In this document: positions 32,565 to 37,589 of the stretch, in pieces
Numbering within the stretch: the stretch's first letter is position 1
Layout: each line of letters starts with the position of its first letter
From: a virus
Reading direction: 5' to 3' (one strand)
DNA length: 37,589 nucleotides
Virus record (IMG/VR): IMGVR_UViG_3300045988_046639
Span: 1 to 37,589 of that record
Position numbers and translations under genes: made by a program
The notes under the pieces: generated by a model
Told to the model about the DNA's origin: nothing
What the model saw: only the letters and a program-made list of their open reading frames with translations
Databases searched by the model: none

Positions 32565-33192
32565 AACACCACCTATTCAAAAAGGTGGAAGTAAGAAGAA
32601 AAAGATATTATTATGGTGTGCAATTATTATTGCCGTTTTTTATGCGATTATTGCTATAGCTCCTAGTGAGCCACAAAAAAAGCTTACATACACTGAAGAA
32701 ATTGCAGAAAATTGGGAAGTACCGGAAAAAGAAGTAAAATCTATTGTATCTGTTGCTAAAGAATTAGGAATTAAAAAATCAAAACTTCATATCACTCATT
32801 TAAATGAGGATTCTTGCACAATTAAATATATAGACACTGATATTACCTTTAATATTAAAGACGATACTGTAAGCACTGTTAAAAAGGATGAAACAGTATT
32901 CTACGAAAATGGTTCAGTTACTAGAATGCCTAGAACTGTTATTATGACGCAAGCAGAAAAAAAGGCTTTATATGATTGGGTAAAAATGGCAATTGGATTA
33001 CATTCAGATTTCAATATATCTGAATTAGATAAAATCTCAAATTTTGATTGGATTAAACAAGATAATTCATATGCAGTAAAAGGATACGCATATGTCGACG
33101 ATAAGAAACCGGGCTTTGTCATCACTTGTGATTGGACAGGGAACACTGATGATGTACCAACATTTAAAGAAATTCAATGGTTTCCAAACTAA
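32548..33192 (+). CDS. Membrane-anchored prophage protein (possible superinfection exclusion)
   Basis: Basic N-terminus plus a TM segment (ILLWCAIIIAVFYAIIAIA). It appears co-transcribed with the repressor. Confidence 0.45.
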   Translation: MRNKTKTPPIQKGGSKKKKILLWCAIIIAVFYAIIAIAPSEPQKKLTYTEEIAENWEVPEKEVKSIVSVAKELGIKKSKLHITHLNEDSCTIKYIDTDITFNIKDDTVSTVKKDETVFYENGSVTRMPRTVIMTQAEKKALYDWVKMAIGLHSDFNISELDKISNFDWIKQDNSYAVKGYAYVDDKKPGFVITCDWTGNTDDVPTFKEIQWFPN

Positions 33193-33219
33193 AAAAGAGC
33201 GAAATTAATCGCTCTTTTC
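33191..33219. terminator. Bidirectional hairpin terminator
   Basis: AAAAAA-AGAGCGA-aattaa-TCGCTCT-TTTC, lying between convergent genes. Confidence 0.7.
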
Positions 33220-33333
33220 ATCTGTGGAATTTATCCAAATTCGTTGAGTATACTCATAAACTCTTGCCACTTCTTTTTCTTCTAATTCTTCTAACATTCT
33301 ATTGATTAATACATACATTTCGTACTTCGTCAT
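33205..33333 (-). CDS. Small ORF downstream of the integrase (42 aa)
   Basis: ATG lies 7 nt after AAAGGAGG. MTKYEMYVLINRMLEELEEKEVARVYEY... Confidence 0.4.
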   Translation of the reverse strand: MTKYEMYVLINRMLEELEEKEVARVYEYTQRIWINSTDEKSD

Positions 33334-33413
33334 GTGGCTTCCTCCTTTCCTTTTAAAAATTTAACTCTTACGTTATACCTTTAAAGGAAATATTACAAGG
33401 GTAATTTTTAGTA

Positions 33414-34511
33414 CTATAATTTGTCTTTCTCCATAAATTTTACAATGCCTTTATCTGCTTGAGGTAACCAATGAGCGTATACTGAAAGCACTGTATCAAG
33501 GTTGTCACCTAACCTTTTAGCTATATCGTATACTGAGAAATTCACTGTTCCATCTGTTACCATATTATTAATCATGTAGCTTGCACATGAGTGCCTTAAA
33601 TCGTGTATTCTGATAATAGGTATTTGCTCATTTCGTGGTAGCTTGATATTTGTTTTCTTAATAGTCTCATTCAGTTCTCTTCTAACTGAGCTACGATAAA
33701 AAGGTACTGTCATACCAAATATATAATCATTATCGTTTGCGTTCATATTCTCTTTAAAAGCTTTATATTCATCAGATAGAAATTGTGGCATTGTGATTAA
33801 TCTATAACTGTTATTTGTTTTAGGCGTTGTAGCTTTTCTTAGCATGTCTGCCCATGTTTTATGTATGTTGATGATATTATTGGTTAAATCAATATCTTTC
33901 CATTGTAAAGCCAATGTCTCACCTATTCTCATGCCCATGTAGAATTGATTCATAAACAATAAATGATATACCGGTTTATTTTCATTTGCTATAAATTTAT
34001 TGAACTGCTCCACCGTCCAATACATCATGTCTTTCTTTTTTTCGTTGGGGTCTTTCTTTAAATCAATATTATCGCACGGATTCGTTTGAATATAGCCTTG
34101 TCTTACTGCGTAATTCAATACTGCTTTAAATTTCGTATAATAGTTAAGTACTGAATTAAATGACATTGATTGCATTAATTTATTAATGAACTGTTCTATA
34201 TTGTTAGATGTAAGCTTTTTAACCTCGCATTCACCTAGTTCATCTTCCCAATATTTTAAAATCGCTTTCTGCGTCAAGTATGAGCTTTCTTTAATTCTCT
34301 TTTCCGAGTATACTTGATATTGATAAGATAACTCTTTAAATGTGATGGTTGCGTTTGGTTCTTTTAAATTTTCTTTGAATAGAATCTCGGCTTTTATAGC
34401 ATCCTTCTTTTTTTCAAACCCACGCTTCTTATATTGCTTGGTCTTTCCATTCAATTTATATGAACCGTAATACATCCATTTGCCTGTTGCTTCATCTTTC
34501 TTGACTGCCAT
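33414..34511 (-). CDS. int: Tyrosine integrase
   Basis: RIGETLALQW, HDLRHSCAS and LSVYAHW catalytic-region motifs. ATG at 34511 follows AGAGGTG. Confidence 0.9.
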   Translation of the reverse strand: MAVKKDEATGKWMYYGSYKLNGKTKQYKKRGFEKKKDAIKAEILFKENLKEPNATITFKELSYQYQVYSEKRIKESSYLTQKAILKYWEDELGECEVKKLTSNNIEQFINKLMQSMSFNSVLNYYTKFKAVLNYAVRQGYIQTNPCDNIDLKKDPNEKKKDMMYWTVEQFNKFIANENKPVYHLLFMNQFYMGMRIGETLALQWKDIDLTNNIINIHKTWADMLRKATTPKTNNSYRLITMPQFLSDEYKAFKENMNANDNDYIFGMTVPFYRSSVRRELNETIKKTNIKLPRNEQIPIIRIHDLRHSCASYMINNMVTDGTVNFSVYDIAKRLGDNLDTVLSVYAHWLPQADKGIVKFMEKDKL

Positions 34512-34580
34512 TTCTCGCACCTCTTTTTTTATCATCATACACAAGAAAAAGGATAAAAAAAAGGCATAATTCATGTAAGA

Positions 34581-34751
34581 ATATGCCAAAAATATGCCAA
34601 TGTTTCTATATATGCTTTATATATAGGATTTTATTTAATATACACAGTTTAAAGAATAATGTTTCCATGTGTTGTTGTGTATTATCTCGTGTCGCTACAT
34701 GCCTTTTTATGATGATATTTTTCATTTAAAATATGCCAAAAAATATGCCAA
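34581..34751. repeat. Two pairs of ATATGCCAA direct repeats (putative attP arm-type sites)
   Basis: Copies at 34581-34589 and 34592-34600, and at 34731-34739 and 34743-34751. Confidence 0.55.
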
Positions 34752-34779
34752 TAAAAAAGCGTACTTCATTTGTACGCTT
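34751..34779 (-). terminator. Rho-independent terminator
   Basis: The minus strand reads AAGCGTAC-aaatgaa-GTACGCTT followed by TTTTAT. Confidence 0.7.
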
Positions 34780-34957
34780 ATTTCATTCTTGTTAACAATT
34801 CTTTTTTTACCATTTTCAATTCTGCTTCGTTTAGTTCTGTGGGATTTGTAATACTTTTACGATTTAACCCACTGTGAATGATTACTATCTCTTTATTGCC
34901 CGTTTTCTTAATATTTCTTTCAAAGTTTTTTAATTTTTCCATTTCTTGTTTTGTCAT
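34778..34957 (-). CDS. Small hypothetical protein (59 aa)
   Basis: ATG follows AGGAGGAAAC. It is driven by promoter copy P1. Confidence 0.5.
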   Translation of the reverse strand: MTKQEMEKLKNFERNIKKTGNKEIVIIHSGLNRKSITNPTELNEAELKMVKKELLTRMK

Positions 34958-34993
34958 TTCTTGTTTCCTCCTGTGTACCTTAAGTACATATAT

Positions 34994-35022
34994 AGTATAG
35001 CATACATGTATATACGTGTAAA
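34994..35022 (-). promoter_or_regulatory. Promoter P1: TTTACA, 17-nt spacer, TATACT
   Basis: The -35 element is at 35022..35017 and the -10 at 34999..34994. It sits inside a 45-bp repeat shared with 36133-36177. Confidence 0.6.
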
Positions 35023-35042
35023 GAACTTTTAAAGAAAACAGA

Positions 35043-35225
35043 CTATTTTTTTTTAGTCTGCAAATCTTTTCTGATTAATTCTTTGATATATCCCATTTTA
35101 GAATCAACTTCATCCAATTTCTTTATGATGTCTGCGTCCGTGTTGAAACTTAACCGAACGCAAATCGTCTTTGTATTAAGCTTATTTGATTTGTTGTTAG
35201 CTCTAATCTTTGCTTCAGAAGCCAC
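35043..35225 (-). CDS. Ribbon-helix-helix (Arc/CopG-like) protein
   Basis: KTICVRLSFNTDADIIKKLDEVDSKMGYIKELIRKDL pattern. GTG follows GGAGGG. Confidence 0.5.
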   Translation of the reverse strand: MASEAKIRANNKSNKLNTKTICVRLSFNTDADIIKKLDEVDSKMGYIKELIRKDLQTKKK

Positions 35226-35237
35226 TTACAATCCCTC

Positions 35238-35531
35238 CTAATACCACTCATCATCATCGTCAAATTCATTTGTAAATTCAAATATATGCCCATTATCTTC
35301 AAATGTTGCATATTCATACTGCCCAACATATAGCTTATCAAGCTTCCAATTTCGTACAAATCTAAGCTCGCAACTATTTCGATACGTGTCAACTAATTCA
35401 GAAATATTGAATATTTCATATCCACAATCAATAGCTTTCTGTTCATCTTCCATGTCCTCGATTATGTAAATCTTATGACATCCATCATATGCAAATTTAT
35501 TCCCAACTACCTCAACATTATTAATTTTCAT
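35238..35531 (-). CDS. Hypothetical protein with an acidic tail (DDDDEWY)
   Basis: ATG at 35531 follows AGGAGGA. Confidence 0.55.
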   Translation of the reverse strand: MKINNVEVVGNKFAYDGCHKIYIIEDMEDEQKAIDCGYEIFNISELVDTYRNSCELRFVRNWKLDKLYVGQYEYATFEDNGHIFEFTNEFDDDDEWY

Positions 35532-35544
35532 TTCTTGCGTCCTC

Positions 35545-35748
35545 CTATTCGCTATACATAAATGCGAAACTATCACTAATCTTTTCTTTTCTTTCAATGT
35601 AACCAATTAAGAAATCCCATTGCCTGCAAGATATTACATCATCCTTGTAATATCTTCCTACAATTTCTTTTAGTTCTTCTTCGCTAACTGTATCCATCTT
35701 TTCATTTACTTCTTTACATACGTTTTGCAATTGTTTTAAATTTGTCAT
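35545..35748 (-). CDS. Hypothetical protein
   Basis: ATG follows AGGAGGAA. Confidence 0.55.
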   Translation of the reverse strand: MTNLKQLQNVCKEVNEKMDTVSEEELKEIVGRYYKDDVISCRQWDFLIGYIERKEKISDSFAFMYSE

Positions 35749-35834
35749 CTTGTGTTCCTCCTAAATTATTCAATTGTGATTTTCTTTCCAAAAATATCGT
35801 TGTATCTGTTACTACTAGAATACCACTTAATATA

Positions 35835-35924
35835 TTACTTAACAAACCATACAATCAATATCGCAATTAATAATACAATAATAATTGTGTCTAAAATCAT
35901 TTTAATTTTTTGCAGTCTTTCCAT
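35835..35924 (-). CDS. 29-aa hydrophobic peptide
   Basis: ATG follows AAAGGAGAA. MERLQKIKMILDTIIIVLLIAILIVWFVK. Confidence 0.45.
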   Translation of the reverse strand: MERLQKIKMILDTIIIVLLIAILIVWFVK

Positions 35925-35970
35925 TTTTTATTTCTCCTTTTGTATGATACAATCAAGGTGAGCTAGGGAA

Positions 35971-36091
35971 TCAATTCCCTAAGCTCTTAATGAATGTTAT
36001 TATTAGCACTATAATCTCAATAACATTCTTAGCAATCTCTAAGTAGATGTTTACCCGTTCTGCTTTGTGATTGCTTTTTTTGTGGCTCATT
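35971..36091 (-). CDS. Small hydrophobic peptide gene split by a frame change at an A7 run
   Basis: ATG at 36091 follows AGGAGG and gives MSHKK..., which stops after 20 codons. The +1 frame after AAAAAAA continues AITKQERVNIYLEIAKNVIEIIVLIITFIKSLGN to the TGA at 35971. Confidence 0.35.
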
Positions 36092-36140
36092 GACCATCCT
36101 CCTTTCCTTTAATTCCTTGCCTTTATCTGACCACATATAT

Positions 36141-36169
36141 AGTATAACATACACGTATATACTTGTAAA
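36141..36169 (-). promoter_or_regulatory. Promoter P2: TTTACA, 17-nt spacer, TATACT
   Basis: The -35 element is at 36169..36164 and the -10 at 36146..36141. It is a near-identical copy of P1. Confidence 0.6.
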
Positions 36170-36182
36170 GAACTTTTTTAGG

Positions 36183-36212
36183 AAAATAAAAAAAGCCCTG
36201 TATAAACAGAGC
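36183..36212 (-). terminator. Rho-independent terminator
   Basis: The minus strand reads GCTCTG-tttata-CAGGGC followed by TTTTTTTATTTT. Confidence 0.7.
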
Positions 36213-36258
36213 TACCATAAATTAATATCAAAATGAATATTAACCTCAAAGCCATATA

Positions 36259-36276
36259 AATTATAGCACATAAAAG
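36259..36276. repeat. 18-bp repeat AATTATAGCACATAAAAG (copy downstream of the endolysin gene)
   Basis: An identical copy lies at 37145-37162. On the minus strand it reads as an extended -10 element, TGcTATAAT. Confidence 0.8.
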
Positions 36277-36303
36277 CAAAGACCGTACAGAATCATACGG
36301 TCT
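36270..36303 (-). terminator. Terminator after the endolysin gene
   Basis: The minus strand reads AGACCGTA-tgattctg-TACGGTCT followed by TTGCTTTTAT. Confidence 0.6.
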
Positions 36304-36340
36304 AATATACGAAAAAATAGTTGAAGGTTTTATATGTAAT

Positions 36341-37120
36341 TTATGCAACTTCAATTAAAGGTCCACAATTTACCCAAATTCCACCGATTTTTGCAAGGTT
36401 CTTTTGCACATTGACTTCATCAACACGAATTCTTGTAACATAGACAACGGCATTTGTTGTATGCAATACGTTATCATTATATCCATCAGAATAGCGAACT
36501 TTGTCAACCATACGAATTGGAAACCAACCACCTAATTGTGCAAGGTATGCGCATAAATCGCCATTGATTTGTTTCAATCCTTGATTGCCAATCTTCATTT
36601 GTACGGATGTTACGTAGCTTCCTGCGTGCAAGATTTGGTCAATTGCTTCTTTTGACTGAGGTTTAGGCTTAACAGTTTGCACTGGTTTAGCATTTGCAAG
36701 ACATTTAGGTCTAAAAGCAGTATCGAATGTGGCACTGTATGGTAATTTGCATAAAGTAAATGCTCCATTTCTTCCGCCTTGATTCTGTCCTAAGAACCAT
36801 CCGAATTTACCATCAATATCTGAATCGAAAATTGCGATATGTGAGTATGGAGTCCATCCTGCTACTTCTTTAAATACCGCAATGTCTCCAGGTTGCATTA
36901 CTGTAACTTCGTTGCAATAGTTTAAAATTCCGTTTGTCTTACGATTGTTCCAAATGTCTTTTACATAACCGGTTGTTGTGCAATGAATAGCCTTATAGCC
37001 TAGATAAATCAACCACTTCATACCACCGTCCCAACACTGCGCACCATATGCATGGTCAAGGTCAAACGCTTTGCCCAATACGGCATTTTTAAATTCTTGA
37101 TAAATTTCTTGATAATTTAT
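36341..37120 (-). CDS. CHAP-domain endolysin with a C-terminal cell-wall-binding domain
   Basis: HAYGAQCWD (Cys) and YSHIAIF (His) CHAP motifs. ATA at 37120 lies exactly 9 nt after AGGAGG and gives (M)NYQEIYQEFKNAVLGKAFDLD. The ORF-track TTG is at 37078. Confidence 0.85.
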   Translation of the reverse strand: MNYQEIYQEFKNAVLGKAFDLDHAYGAQCWDGGMKWLIYLGYKAIHCTTTGYVKDIWNNRKTNGILNYCNEVTVMQPGDIAVFKEVAGWTPYSHIAIFDSDIDGKFGWFLGQNQGGRNGAFTLCKLPYSATFDTAFRPKCLANAKPVQTVKPKPQSKEAIDQILHAGSYVTSVQMKIGNQGLKQINGDLCAYLAQLGGWFPIRMVDKVRYSDGYNDNVLHTTNAVVYVTRIRVDEVNVQKNLAKIGGIWVNCGPLIEVA

Positions 37121-37144
37121 TAAAAAAATCCTCCTTTATATGCC

Positions 37145-37162
37145 AATTATAGCACATAAAAG
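37145..37162 (-). promoter_or_regulatory. Extended -10 promoter-like element upstream of the endolysin gene (18-bp repeat copy)
   Basis: The minus strand reads CTTTTATGTGCTATAATT, i.e. TGcTATAAT. Confidence 0.5.
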
Positions 37163-37172
37163 AGGTTTTTTA

Positions 37173-37589
37173 TCACTGATATACAGAGAACATTTCTCTT
37201 AATTTATCTCTGACCATTTCTCTTTCTTCTTGAAAGTCGCTAGACGTTTTCATTTCCTCTAAGATTCCATACATAGCATTCAAAAAAGCTTCTAACTCAC
37301 GAATAGAATTTCGCTTATCTATTTCATTGTTATCTTTTCGATATTCTTTTTTTGCTTCTATATATTTTCTGAAATGGCTATTCATCAATGCGATATTGTC
37401 ATCAATTTCTGTTCCTTCAATATTTGTATCATTTGTTCTTAATGCATTTATAGCCGTTCTTCCATCACTCATAGCTAGTATTGTATCAATGTCTTTGATA
37501 TTATCTAAAGCTTGGCTCATGACTTTAAAATCTAAATCATTGTATCCTCTTTCTAGTCCTCTCATTGCTTCCGTTAAGAGGTCTAGATT
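37173..37589 (-). CDS. Hypothetical helical protein (about 145 aa after circularisation)
   Basis: The ORF runs off the window end. The true ATG is at 76..74 on the other side of the 55-bp overlap. Confidence 0.6.
   Translation of the reverse strand, partial: NLDLLTEAMRGLERGYNDLDFKVMSQALDNIKDIDTILAMSDGRTAINALRTNDTNIEGTEIDDNIALMNSHFRKYIEAKKEYRKDNNEIDKRNSIRELEAFLNAMYGILEEMKTSSDFQEEREMVRDKLREMFSVYQ

Noticed and set aside
35150-35392. Track ORF of 80 aa overlapping the RHH gene and 35238..35531.
   Set aside because: It has no SD and overlaps two ORFs that each have a GGAGG-type RBS.

Overview
This window is a complete, circularly closed genome of about 37.5 kb. Bases 1-55 are identical to 37535-37589. 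It is an AT-rich temperate siphovirus of a Firmicutes-type host, with strong GGAGG ribosome-binding sites; GC content was not computed. Almost all genes lie on the minus strand. In transcription order the modules are as follows.

- Lysogeny switch: a cI-like repressor and a membrane protein on the plus strand, plus the integrase and a putative attP.
- Early replication and recombination genes: ERF, NinB-like, RusA, a replication initiator with internal iterons, a C5 methyltransferase, a dimeric dUTPase-like protein, SSB and a PD-(D/E)xK nuclease.
- A late regulator, followed by a tRNA-like gene.
- Packaging and structure: TerS, TerL, portal, a displaced fibre/XkdX module, then head and tail genes.
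- Lysis: holin, a terminator-bounded cargo unit, and a CHAP endolysin.
- A small moron region next to the integrase.

The most unusual signal is that about 15 genes, including many core ones, appear to start at ATA placed 4-11 nt after a Shine-Dalgarno sequence. These include TerS, portal, major capsid, major tail, tape measure, Dit, holin, endolysin, RusA and the replication initiator. No in-frame ATG, GTG or TTG is available upstream of the conserved N-terminal residues in most of these genes. The phage also carries a tRNA-like gene with a UAU anticodon whose acceptor and D arms resemble those of a bacterial initiator tRNA.

TerL additionally has an in-frame TAA inside its P-loop, flanked by identical GGT codons. 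All functional calls rest on motif recognition by eye; no database searches were run.
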